A DNA stretch of 64,000 bases, taken from positions 10,912,001-10,976,000 of the forward strand of contig JBHGNT010000014.1 in the NCBI GenBank assembly GCA_043228905.1. Direction: 5' to 3'. This stretch comes from Azolla caroliniana. Lineage: Eukaryota; Plantae; Polypodiophyta. The position numbers and the translations under genes are program-made. Below, in pieces: positions 48,400 to 61,358 of this stretch (the first letter of the stretch is position 1; each line of letters opens with the position of its first letter). The notes under the pieces were generated by a model. That model did no database searches and was not told where the DNA came from. It worked only from the letters and a program-made list of their open reading frames with translations.

Positions 48400-49513
48400 G
48401 TAAACCGGCTGGTAAACAAATCCGGAAACCGGTCCGGTAAGCAAATCCAAAAACCGGTCCGGTAACCAAATCCAAAAACCGGCCGGTATGCAAACCGGAA
48501 ACAGGTCGGTAAGCAAAACTGGAACCGGAACCAGCAAGCAAACCGGAATCGGAAACCGGTAGGTAAGCCAAACCGGAACCGGAATTGGCAAGCAAACCGG
48601 AACCAGAACCGGCCGGCAAGCAAAACCAGAATCAGAACCAGAACCGGCAAGCAAACTGGAACCGGAACCGGCCGGCAAGCAAAATCGGAACCGGAACCGG
48701 CCGGCGAGGGATTCGGCGATCGGGTGGAACCGGCTACCGGACGAGGTTGGACGTGGACGGAAAATTGGATCATGCAACAAACTAAAGTAAAGTGAAGAGA
48801 ACTAAAGTAAAGGCCATGTGGATGCAAGCAACTAAAGTTGGAGTGCATGCAAAATGTAAAGATCATGTGGACAATCACATGCAACTAAAAGAAGAAGCTA
48901 TGCAACTAAAGGAAGAAGCTATGCAACTAAAAGTAGAGGCCATGCAACAGAAAGTAGACATGCATATGATCAACGGGGAACACCATATATATTCCATTTT
49001 TTTCCTATACTCAGAGGCTCTCTCCATTATTTTTCTTTTCCTTCTTCGCTCCCTTATGTTAGGGAAGCCATAACTCTCATAAACCCTAAATTCCCTACAG
49101 AAGCCAAAAACCCTAATTTCCCTACGGAAGCCATACGGCTCATAAACCCTAATTTCCCTATGGAAGCCATACGGCTCATAAACCCTAATTTCCCTACGGA
49201 AGCCATAAGACTCGAAAACCCTAATTTTCCCTACGGAAGATCTTACTCATAACCCTAAATTTCTACAGAATCCATATCTTAATTTCCTCTTATCTATTAC
49301 TCTAGTAATCTCCATTAGCTAAACTTTTTGTAATCTTAATCTTGAGATTGATTGTAATCTTTCTTTCCCTTTATTAATGAAATTTGTGAATCTTTCTCAT
49401 TTTGTATTAATTGCTTAATATAATAATACAAATTTGATATCTTCCGGTCGGAGGCCCCGGGGACCTGCCTTAAAGTTCACGTATCCTTGTCGTATTTCCG
49501 CGACAACGTGACA
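48400..49513 (+). repeat. Repeat-built LTR-like segment: AACCGG-rich array, 21-bp repeats, TATA-like element, six ~36-bp telobox repeats
   Basis: AACCGG motifs 48400-48740; ATGCAACTAAA(A/G)GAAGAAGCT 48879-48950; TATATAT near 48985; AAACCCTAA repeats 49081-49260; ends ..GTGACA at 49513. Confidence 0.5.
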
Positions 49514-49589
49514 TCATTAATCTTTCCGGTAATATGGAAAGGACCGAGTCGTCGATCATAATCCAATTTGTCGCACGGTATAGGAGCCT

Positions 49590-51213
49590 TGAAAATATCT
49601 GGTATGGAAAAAGCAATGAAGGATGCAAATCAAAAACTGAGAAGATCAGATAGAGAGCAAAAGACTATTGAAATATTTGACTCTGACACATATATGGCTA
49701 TGCATTATGCATACATGTCTAAAGTGGTACAAATCCCTGATCCAAATAGTTTTGATGAAGCAAAATCTGATAAGAAATGGGTGAATGCAATGCAAGAAGA
49801 AATAGATGCATTGGTTGAAAATAGAACATGGGATTTGGTGAAGTTACCAAAAGAAAAAAATGTTGTAGGTTGCAAATGGGTCTACAAGACAAAGCATGAC
49901 TCCAATGGGAATGTAAGTAGACATAAAGCAAGACTTGTGGCAAAGGGATATGCCCAGATGCAAGGTATTGATTATGATGAGATATTTGCACCGGTTGCAA
50001 AAATGGCAACCTTGAGAACACTACTCGCTGTAAGTGCAGCCAAAAGAGGAAGTATAAATGTAAAAAATATGGATGTAAAAAATACTTTTTTACATGGTAA
50101 CTTGGAAGAGGAAGTATAAATATGTCAACCACTAGGTTTTGAAGATAAGAAGCATCCAGAATATGTATGTAGGCTGAAAAAGGCTCTCTATGGACTGAAA
50201 CATGCACCGAGAGCATGGCATGAAGAACTTTCAAAATCTTTGAAAAAAATTGCTTAAAAAATGTTAGAGGTTGATGCATCATTATATGTAAAGAAGATAA
50301 ATGATTGCATTGTTGTTATCTTGATATATGTTGATGACTTAATTTTTGGAGGTGATTCCATGGATGAAATAAGAAAGCTGAAAAAAAATCTGGAAATGCA
50401 ATTTCATATGAAGGATTTGGGAGAGCTAAGATACTTTCTTGGCATTGAGATGATCAGATCTGAAAGTGGTATATCAATGTTGCAAAAACAGTATGCAACA
50501 ACTATGTTGAAGAAGTATGGTATGCTTGGATGCAAACCTATTGGTGTACCACTAGATAAGAACTGCAAATTGAGGGCTGATTTGGGAGCCAAAATAGAAG
50601 ATGTAAACATGTATAGGTCTATGGTGGGCAGCCTCATATATTTGACCATAACAAGACCTTATTTGAGTTATGTTGTTGGATTAGTCAGCCAGTTTATGCA
50701 ACAGCCAACAAAGCCACATTTGGACTGCATAAGAAGATTTTTGAGGTATGTAAAGGCGACTCAATATTATGGACTGTTTTATAGGGCTAATTTGGACATA
50801 AAGCTGGAAGGGTATACAGATGTTGATTGGGCTGGAAGCCAAACGGACAGAAGATCCACAAGTGGATATATGTTTACATTGCAATAGCCACTTGTGAAGA
50901 GGTATGGATCAAAAGATTGTGTGCTGATTTGTGAGATTATATAGATGGTGCAGTCACAATTTGGTGTGACAATATGAGCAGCGCTCAGCTTGCAAAAAAA
51001 AACCCAGTGTTCCATGCAAGAACAAAGCACATTGAAGTGCATTATCACTTTGTTAGGGAAAAAGTGATTGATGGAGAAGTGGATCTGCTGTATGTAAGTA
51101 CAAATCAGCAAGTGGCCGATATTCTTACAAAGGGATTGAGCATGGAAAAACATACACAGTTTAGAGACATGATGGGAGTTATAACCATCGGTATGATAGC
51201 TGAAAAGCATTAA
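49590..51213 (+). pseudogene. pol: Copia 5 RT-RNase H remnant (AT-rich family), 5'-truncated
   Basis: GCKWVYK..KARLVAKGY, MDVKNTFLHG, IYVDDL, DWAG..RRSTSGY, HARTKHIEVHYHF. Confidence 0.93.
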
Positions 51214-51849
51214 GGAAAGAAGACTAAAGCTGACCCCAAGAAAGGATCAGTTAAGCTTGAGGGGGAGTGTTGAGAAGCAAGCTCAACAAAGGTAGGTGAT
51301 GCTTATTAAGAAATAAGCCATAGTAGCTGGGTCGAAGCACGCTACGGTGTACCAGAAAAGTACTGTTTTTGGCCACAAAAATTGTGAGTACTTTCAATAC
51401 TATTAGTACTGAATAATTCAGAAAAAAAATTAGAGAAAAAGAAAATCGATTTTGGAGAGTGGGGTGACTGTAGTACAAGTGTCATTTACTGTAGAAGGAG
51501 TGGGGGGAACACGTGAGGAGATGTTCTTCCATTTTGGGGGCTATTTTCCCCTCACGTCGATTTTGGCGCTTCCCCTCATACTGCTCTTCCTCTATCCCTC
51601 TGAGCTTTTCATCACAGACATCCATGTCACGTTTCTGATTTTCCTTCAATCTAAATCTCAGACATCCATGTCTGGTTGGAGAGTTTGAGCTGAGGATTTC
51701 TGATTTTTTTAGGTTTTCTGTTTTTGTTAGGGTTTAGGTTGAGGTACAGAGACTGTTCTGAGGGTTTAGGTAGCAGCCAATAGTGACTTCTTCGACAACG
51801 ACTTTCTTACTTCCACCGATTGCAGTTGATATCGTGGTGATTTGGGGCT

Positions 51850-52098
51850 TTTTCCACCAAATCGAGGAGGCATTGGAGGTTCCTTCCACCAAATCGAGGC
51901 GGCATATCCAACGCTCCCTCCACCATTGGAGGTTCCTTCCACCAAATCGATGCGGCATATCCAATGCTCCCTCCACCATTGGACGTTCCTTCCACCAAAT
52001 CGAGGCTGCATATCCACGCTCCCTCCACCATTGGAGGTTCCTTCCACCAAATCGAGGCGGCATATCCAACGCTCCCTCCACCATTCAAGGTTCCTTCC
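51850..52098 (+). repeat. Subterminal ~53-54-bp tandem repeat (~4.5 copies)
   Basis: Unit TTCCACCAAATCGAGGCGGCATATCCAACGCTCCCTCCACCATTGGAGGTTCC. Confidence 0.9.
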
Positions 52099-52331
52099 AT
52101 CCATTTTTTTATTTTCAATACTAAAATGTTTCATTTCTTCATATTTCAGTACTGAATTTTTAGAATTGACATTTGTCATATTTGATATGTAATTCTAATG
52201 TTTGAAACAAAATATTTCTCACTTTGCAGGCCACATTTAAAAACATTTGATTGTGTTTTCTTGGTTGAGTCTATATAACATTAACTACTTTCGCAAGACA
52301 CTTAATTTTTGTGGATAAATCTAGTGACCGA

Positions 52332-55300
52332 ATGGGGGTTCCTAACGAGAGTGAGTTGTCAAGTAACTCATGCATATTTGAAAGGACTAAGAGACAAGTG
52401 GTTCTTCACATAGTCCATTATTTGGTAGAAATAACGAAGAGATTTAGTGAAGAGGATTGTAGGGATATTATCTGTAGAGTGTTCACCATCAAAGTTTGAA
52501 TGAAGACATGGAGAGAATAAAATTTAGGGACCAATGTGTTTCAGAAGAGATTGTGGAGTCTATGAAGTCATCCCTAGACTTAGTGAAAGGTGTAGAGAGC
52601 TTAGACAAACTTGTTGCAAAGAGGGCAGCCCTACACATGGTTGTGAACGGTGCGAGAGAAAAAAAATATAGTGATACTAAAGTTGCCTTAGCCCTGGGTA
52701 TTCAAAGAAGGAACTTGAGGAAACATCACCGAAATATACACTCAAGCAAATTCAAGTGGCTGGGGTCGGGACGTAGACGACGATGTGATGCCTTATCTCA
52801 AGAGATTATTGAGAAAGTGGATTCATTTTGGGCCAAAAATACGCGTGTCTCACCAAATAAGAAGGACGTGTGTAGACAACGAATAAGTCAGGGTAAGTAC
52901 CAGATTCACCCTAGACACTTCTTGGAGATGACAGAGGTATTCCATTTTTTTATATCAATTCACATTCCATAACTTTGTGTTTTGACCAAGTGTATATTAA
53001 TGTTTGCTCTATATATTGGTTGATGTAGACTGAATTGTACATGAACTTTAAAGACCAACATCCAAGCTTGACTGTTGGATTCCGCAAGTTCCAAGGTTTG
53101 AAACCATTTTATGTTAGAAAATTAAATGAGAGGAATACATGTTGTTGTGTGTACCATGTGAAGATGGACATGTTAAGGCTAGCAGTGAATGCAATGCGTA
53201 CTGATTCTAAGGGTATACACGGGGAATTATGTGTCTGCACTTGTGAGATTTGTAGACCAAATGGGGAGGATAATAGGTGTAACACGAAACATGACTTATG
53301 CATCCGTTTCTGAGCTATGGAGGTCTTGTGTTTGTGAAAAAGAACCATCATGTGAGTGGCATCGTCGTACATGTCTATTAAGAACATGTAAGGTTTGTCC
53401 GCTACCATTATTTTGTAGGCAAGAGCTTGATTTGGGAAATAGTCATATCGTGAAATGGAAATATTTGGAGTATGTGACTGAAAATATTGGCAAGGGAGTT
53501 GTAACTAAGCGTATCAAGGAAGTATATAAGGATACATGTGCTGCTACCCTTGTCTCAGAATTTAAGAAACAACTTGGGGAGTTCATTCCACATAACTTTC
53601 GGAGTTATTGGCAAAATTCACAGTTCAAGGAATGTATTAATAACTTACCAACGGGTGTCATTGTATCCGTTATTGATTTTGCAGAAAACTATACATTTAA
53701 AGTTCAAAATGAGGTTCAATCAATGCATTGGTACAATGATCAATGTACAATACTTGTACATATTTGCTATTGGAGGCAAGACGGTGAGTTACATAAGAAA
53801 TCAATATTTTACATTTCAGATGATAAAAAGCATGATACACTATTTGTTCAACATTGTTTTAAGCTTCACCATGCAGATTTATTTTCTCTAGGGTTAACCT
53901 TTAACCGTCATTGGGTTTGGTCTGATGGTGCTGCCTCGCAGTTTAAGGCGGCACGATCGTTCTACTTTATCGCCAGGTAATTTTTAATCCATATGTTTTG
54001 TACTTATCATGCAATGTGTAAGGAAGTAATTCTTGTGTTAGTGGATGCATACTAATTATGTTTGTAATTATTAACAAACAGTGCTATTCACATGGATGCA
54101 TACTAATTATGTTTGTAACTATTCGAATCTTGCACTTGTGAATGGATGCATGCATACTAATTTTGTTTGTATTATGTTGTGTGTTGTATCTGTACTAAAT
54201 CAGTATTTACTGAAGGATGTAAAGTACTCGTATTGTACTCTATAGTATTGTCCGTCCTTAAGAGAATTGTACTAAGTAACTTTTAATCCATGTGAAGTGT
54301 TCTCCATAGACACATTGTACTATGTTGTGTTTACAGAAGGATGTAAAGTACTCATCTTGTACTCATAGTATTGTCCGTCCTTAAGAGAATTGTAGTAATT
54401 ATCTTTTTATCCATGTGAAGTGTTCTCCATAGACACATTGTACTATGTTGTGTGTTGTGTGTGTACTATGTTGTGTTTACAGACGGATGTAAAGTACTCA
54501 TCTTGCACTCATAGTATTGTTCGTCCTTAAGAGAATTGTACAAATTATCTTTTTATCCATGTGAAGTGTTCTCCATAGACACATTGTACTATGTTGTGTG
54601 TATAGAAGGATGTAAAGTACTCATCTTGTACTTAGAGTATTGTTTGTCCTTAAGAGAATTGTACTAACTATGTTTTAATCCATGTGAAGGGTTCTCCATA
54701 GACACATTGTACTATGTTGTGTGTTGGTTCTGTACTATGTTGTGTTTACAAAAGGATGTAAAGTACTCATCTTGTACTTATAGTATTGTCCGTCCTTAAG
54801 AGAATTGTACTAATTATGTTTTAATCCATGTGAAGGGTTCTCCATAGACACATTGTACTATGTTGTGTGTTGTATCTGTACTATGTTGTGTTTGCAGGAG
54901 GATGTAAAGTACTCATCTTGTACTCATAGTATTGTTCGTCCTTCAGAGAATTGTACTAAATCAGTATTTACTCATGTTGTACTCATAGTATTGTACTCAT
55001 CTTGTACTCATCTGTTAAACACACTATGTGGTACTAATTATCTATTAATCAATGTTCAATGTTCTCCATGAACACACTGTATTGTACTATGTGTTGTATC
55101 TATACTAGATCAATGTTTATTGGGGGATGTAAAGTACATGTCTTGTAGTACTAATGATCTTCTAAGGAGGGTTGTGTTCTCCGTGGACACATTGTACTGT
55201 ACTATCCGATATTGAACATTTTGTACTATTTATCTATTAATACATGTAGAGTGCTTTCCATGAACTCATTGTACTATACTTTGTGCTATATCCATACTAA

Positions 55301-56386
55301 GTTAGTATTAAATGGATGCTAGGTACTGTTGGTCGAAAACATAGTACTATTTATCTTTTAATAAGTGTAGAGTGTTCTCAATGGATACGTTGTGCTATGC
55401 TTTGTTTTGTATTTGTACTAAATCAGTATTAATGGAAGTGTAGTACTCTCAATTGACAACATAGTACTAATTTTGTTGGAAACCTAAGATACCAAAGCAG
55501 GTATTTCTCCTTATTCAATATTCGTATGCAATGGAATTACTTCGGGTCTGGACATGGAAAAGGAGAGCATGATGGCGCGGGGGCTGTGATCAAACGTGCC
55601 CTTACAAGTGAGCAGTTGGATAATAATGGTGCTAAGTTACAAAATGCACATAATGTTGTGCAGTGGCTAACATGGAAGATGTCAAATGATGGTAAGAACA
55701 GATTGTTTGTTGAAGTTCGCGCTGATGAGGTTGATAGAACTAAATCATATGGTTGTAAAACCATGAAAGGCACACGCAACACCCATTGTGTATTAGGGTT
55801 TAGCCGCAAGGACACAACACAATTGTTACTCCGTAGTTTATCATGCTTTTGTTCCATGTGTCTAGATGAAGCTTGGGATAAATGCATCAACCTATCAATC
55901 GTGGAGCCCTGGAAGCTATAGAAGCTTGAGCCTGAACGACAAGATGATATTGAAGAGGATGTGCATTCAAACGATATTGTATACTACAACCAAAATCAAG
56001 ACTTGGCAGTTTTATTGGAAGTTGGAGATCATTTTGCAGTGCTCAAATATCCTCAGAATGAAGATTTAGAAGACTACTACATTGTGGTGTGCAAGCAAGG
56101 AAAGGCATTATTGAAAGAAGTGGTGAGGGATGGTTGGGGCAACAATTTCAACGTTGGTGAGTCTGTCGTGTATGGAAACTATTATGCAAAGTTGCCGCAG
56201 TGCAAGAACACATATGCATTACGAAAAGAAGCAGCCATCGCCATAATCTACGCTAATGCCATTCTTGCGATCAAATTCAATATGACTCAAGCAAAGCACA
56301 AGGTTAAGGGATACAACACTGTTTACAAGGTCCCCCAAGAGGTTCATGAGCACATATTAGGGGAGGTCTCTCTATTTAATGCTTGA
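52332..56386 (+). pseudogene. DDD transposase (Sola2-like); three coding exons 52332-52936, 53029-53976, 55501-56386
   Basis: Motifs RNTCCCVYH, VIDFAENY..QNEVQSMHW, YISDDKKHD, WSDGAASQFK, WNYFGSGHGKGEHDGAG and SCFC..C. GT-AG introns 52937-53028 (phase 0) and 53977-55500 (phase 2) join the frames exactly. Frameshifts near 52485 and 53285; in-frame TAG at 55919. Confidence 0.85.
54165..55470 (+). repeat. ~125-145-bp tandem array inside transposase intron 2 (about six good copies, then degenerate)
   Basis: GGATGTAAAGTACTC..GTCCTTAAGAGAATTGTA..TCCATGTGAAG..CTCCATAGACACATTGTACTATGTTGTGT recurs at ~54215, 54339, 54485, 54608, 54754 and 54900. Confidence 0.9.
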
Positions 56387-56872
56387 AAGTCACCATATCA
56401 ATACATTGTACCAGAAAACTGAAAAACATCCACTTGGAGTTAACTATTAATTTTGATGATTGACAAATGAATTGATATATTTCGTCTTTCTTCCAAAGTG
56501 TTTATGCCTCTCAACCACTTGTACTTATCTTTCATAATTTATTAGTTGTTGTCAATAGGACTTGGATTTCTTCATTGCCGATATTGCTCATGTTTCCTGA
56601 TGTTATTTGAGCATAGGAGTTTTGCAGAGCCATGTTAAAATGAGTAAAAATATTGTATATCTTCTTGATAAAGTCTAGATTCATAAGAGTTGGTGTGTCC
56701 TCTGTTGGCACATAAATCTACTCTTCTTTTGCTACCAAGAGAAGATTGTTAGTTGAATTCATTAAAGACTTTAATATTGTAAGATTTTCTACTGTAAGTT
56801 CATTCTTCAAAGGGGGCGATGAATTCTATGAAGACAACAGAGAAAATTATTCTCTCAGAATCCTTTTTTGTT

Positions 56873-59800
56873 TCATGATATGTCCTGTGAAGCCATCTGA
56901 GTTTTAACTTCTTGTATATAAGTCCTGAATATCCAGGCTATGGATTTTAAAGTACAGACCTTCCTTTCCTTAACAAAATAATCCAACTCCTGAAACAATA
57001 ATTTGTGATAGCTCAAAAAGGTAAGTGTTTCCTTACTACTGTTAGTGGATGGTTCATCCTTTGGGATGATATCATCAAAATATGGCCCACATTGCTTCAA
57101 CAATTTGCACACATTCTGGTTACCCTCCAAATGGGATTGATGAAACAGTCTATACTTCAGTATATCTTCAATAACACCTGATATTTTCTGTTTCTCATCA
57201 TCAACACCTGAAAACCTAAATTTTCCTAGCAAGCTAAGAAGACTTTCAAGCATTTTATCTACAATAGACTGAAAGACTTTGCGAAGATTAGGAGATGATC
57301 TCAAAAAAGAAACAAAACGTTGTAAAATAAGAATACTTAGATCAAAAAGTATATTCCCATTGTTTTTTATATATGTTCACAAGCAAAATACAGAAGCAAT
57401 CCTTAAACATGAACTTGATTTCACACTGGTATAACTATTTCAGATTCATGAACTGGATTTTTGACATTGGCAATTGAAACAGTATTTTGGTATCCAAATA
57501 GTTCAATTTCAGACATCACTAACAACTAAAGTTCAAGTACAATCGAAAGACAATCATGCACTAGAGGGTAACTTGGCCGATCTTGTAATGCGCTTGTTGT
57601 TGGTGCCAGATTTTTCTGATTTTACATTCTTCTTTATCTTAAAGCCTTTAGGTATGAGCTGACTAAGTGGCACTTCATCATCAGAGGCATCCGAGACAGG
57701 CGTGGATGCGCGGGCACCTTGTACTGGTGGCAAGTTGGAGAGAGCAACTATGTTTTCTGCAACTGCAATGCTTGTACACAAATCCACAAAGGTGTTGTCG
57801 ATAGACAAATTATCACTCATCTCTTGAATGCTTGTACTCCTAGCGATCTTTATTGCCCTATCATCATCACCGATGCCTATACACTCGTTCTTATTAGACT
57901 CCTGTATATGGACCGTGGCAGTAGTCATGGTCAACTCCTCTTGTACGGTGGATGTCACCTCATTCTTAAGACAACGTGTACCTGCTTGGGTGGTCGTTAT
58001 TGCCTGGTCCTCTTGGGTGATGCTAGTATGCTCGCTCTGAGTACAATTAGGTCCCCCTTCATTAGTAACGTTGTTCGCTCTACACTCCTCATGGGATTCT
58101 GTACAATCAGGCTTATCTTCAGGGAAAACGATGTTCTTTCCACGATCCTCATGGGCTTCACAAGACACTACTAGCACATTCTCGGTACAATCAAGCTCCT
58201 CTTCAGTACTTGCCATATTCTTTCCACACTCTTCATGGCCTTCAATCTTCTCTTCAGTACTTGCCATATTCTTTCCACACTCCTCATAGGCTTCTTTAGA
58301 CATAGTGTTGTTTGTACATGCCAACTGCTCTTCACATATGAATGCTTCGTTTTTCTCACAATCCTCATGTGTGGAAGATGTGCTTCCAGAGTCTGCCTCC
58401 GTGCAAAGGTTAATTTGATTCTGACTCTGACCAGAATCTGACTCTGCACTTGTGCTCCATGAAATTCCCGATTCATTTGATTGCAGTTGGGAATCAGACT
58501 GCTCTTGTAAACCTAATTAATGGGATTCCAAAGAATATTGGTATCAACTCACATACTCAAAAGTTTGCAAACAATGAACATAGGATTTAGGGCCACATTT
58601 TTACCTAATGTTACATCGTCATACTGTACAGCCGTAGATACCCCATTGCAAGTGGTGGGCTCGATCATCTTCTCCACAACATCTAGGTGCTCAACAGTGT
58701 TGTTATGATCTATAATAACAACAAAAATAGGGTTATTATGAGGTAAATCATTGTTTTCAAAGTCTGGCTTTTGACGTGTACCTGGGAGTGTGATAAATTC
58801 GTCTTCATGATCAGGTTTTAGACTCGTATCTCCGTCACCAAATATCATTTCATCATCAGCTAGTAACACAAGTACATGGTATTAGACAATGGATTAGGTT
58901 GACAATGCTCTGGACAGATGAGAACTTATATGACTCACCATTGCATTCAACTTTGCCTTTCTTGCCGTTTCCATACAACATTCTTGCAACATTTCTCTTC
59001 TTACTGGGCTCTATTTGTAAAGAAATTGCATTTGTCTTCTTAGTGGGCTCTATTTCTTGATGTTGACCGGAGCTTGGGGAATTTGTTTGTAGAAGCATAT
59101 GTTCCACTGCTCCAATGGCCCTTCTCATACATTCATCCTCATCATAAAAATCATAGGTTATTGGTAATGATGGTCCCTAAACCTTGGAATGTGCAACAGA
59201 TATTGAGGGTTTAGGCACAGGGGCTGGTTGTTCCATTACCTTCCCTGGCATGGAGTTGCTTGACACTACAACATTCATTGCAAGAAACAAAAAAACCTTG
59301 AATGTTAGTACCATCATCTAAAATATATAATGTAGGTCGCAAGAGCTGCTTCCCATTTTACACAATGTACCAATCATGAACAATGTACTACTCACATAGT
59401 TCCTAAATTACTGAACTAGTACTAATAAGGAACACTGTACTGCTCACTTAGTTCCCAATTTACACAAGTAGTACTAATCATGCACAATATACTACTCACT
59501 TAGTTAGCAAATTACACAAGGAGTACTAATCCCGAACAATGTACCACTGACTTAGTCAAATTACACAATTAGTACTAATCCTGAACAATGTACTACTCAA
59601 CAATGTACCACTGACTTAGTCAAATTACACAATTAGTACTAATCCTACAAAATGTACTACTCACTTATTTTCTAGATTACTGATCTAGTACTAGTAAGGT
59701 ACAAAACTAGTACTAATAAGGAACAAAGTACTACTCAGTTCCCAAATTACAAAACTAGTATTAATCATGAGCAATGTACTAGTAACTTAGTTCACAAAGT

Positions 59801-61358
59801 ACAGAACTAGTACTAATCATGAACCATGTAGTACTTACTAAGTACTAATCTAACAAATGTAGATTGGTATTTTGCACACAAGTAATACTAAACATGATAT
59901 GTGTTCTACACACCTAGTTACATAACTTGTACTAATTACACCAACAGTATTAATCTTGAACAGTATTAGTACTAAACGTGATATGTGTTTGACACACCTC
60001 ATTTCCAAATTACAATAATTGTACTATTATTCAGCAATTTACTATACACCTTGTTCCCAAATTACATTACTAGTACTAATTCCCAAGTTACACAAACAAT
60101 ACTAACAGTCAACAGTGTACTATAAGTATAGTGTTTATTAAACTAATACTAGGCAAGTTGCAATATAGATTGGACGATGTTGTACCTGGTTCCCTTTTAG
60201 TTCTACTAATTCTGGAAAATATCCCTTCAACTACACATACCAATTATATATTAAGAGTACTGCCAATACTAACCCACATAATTAGGGTTCCACATAATAG
60301 TTGTTAGAGATTACACTAAATTTGAAGTATGAATTGTGGCATACACTAGTTCTAGTCCAAATGTTAATTGACATCATATAATACAAACAATAGAATAGTA
60401 GAGCCACATACCGTACGGGTGTACTTTTAAACCCCAAGCATAGTACCACTCAGCCGCAATTGTAGTTTTACAGTCCATACATGTATTCTCTTTCTCAAAA
60501 TGATACTTAGCACATAGCACATGATATGTGTGGAAGCATGGTGTAATCACAACATCCATAGCCTCCAGATTCGAATCCGAGGCCACAAAATATACACCTG
60601 GAAGATTGCAAACACAAGTTATAATATATTAGCTGCTCACTTATTTATACCAGAGAAGTAGAAATAAATAACTTTTAAAGCCAATACCGTGATATAGCTA
60701 TACTAATAATGGTACTTTCTATACCACTTGGGTGCTCAATTACAAATGGACACAAAGTATCAAAACCATTTTGTTTTAAATCCTGCATCAAGCATGCAAG
60801 GTTCTTAGAATGCAACTTTAAGGCTGACAACTTATTATCTATTTCTTCATGTGCATTCCTGCAAGTATCAAGGTCTCTCATCTATGAACCTAATTGAGTG
60901 CCCATATTGTTCAGCTCTTTCTTCAACTCCTCTTTCAACACCTCACTTTTCTGAATTTTGGATTGTCGATGCAATCCATTCATATGTAGTTTTTATTGAA
61001 GAAAATTTCTTTTCTGCGTGTATCTCAGCTGATTTAACTGCTTCCAAATCAGCAAGTAGTGTTTGTATTCTTGAGCTCATAGAAGCTATGCAACCGGCCA
61101 TCATCTGTTCATGCTTTTCAGTCATTGTGGCCCGTACCTTTGCCTCTAGAACTTGGTGGACAGGTGTTATAGCTAGAATATCCACATGAGAGGTTCCAGA
61201 TGACTTCAAGCTAGTGTTGGTATTGGAGGACCCTTTGTAATGTTCTGACCGGTGCCGATTAACAAGCATACACAAGGAAGGAAAATCAACAACACATACA
61301 ACGAGCAGGGGAAACAAAAATCCGCACGTATACAGAGTTCAGAGATCGAACCTGGCAT
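56873..61358 (-). pseudogene. Second, convergent multi-exon gene inside the transposon: coiled-coil, RING-H2, acidic low-complexity region, helical C-terminus
   Basis: Minus-strand ORF chain 60943-61317, 60675-60881, 60374-60586, 58856-59128, 58549-58869, 57554-58324, 56873-57304. Splicing intron 60598-60687 gives ..AISR-CIFC, and after a frameshift CFHTYHVLC..CMDC. Start, end and some exons are uncertain. Confidence 0.65.
59360..60130. repeat. Degenerate ~55-60-bp GTAC-rich tandem array in the long intron of the second gene
   Basis: Recurrent AGTACTAATC..AACAATGTACTACTCACTTAGTTCCCAAATTACA. Confidence 0.8.

Noticed and set aside
56873-61358. Independent host gene
   Set aside because: It lies wholly between the TIRs of an element inserted in an LTR and carries disabling lesions, so it is treated as transposon cargo or an accessory gene.
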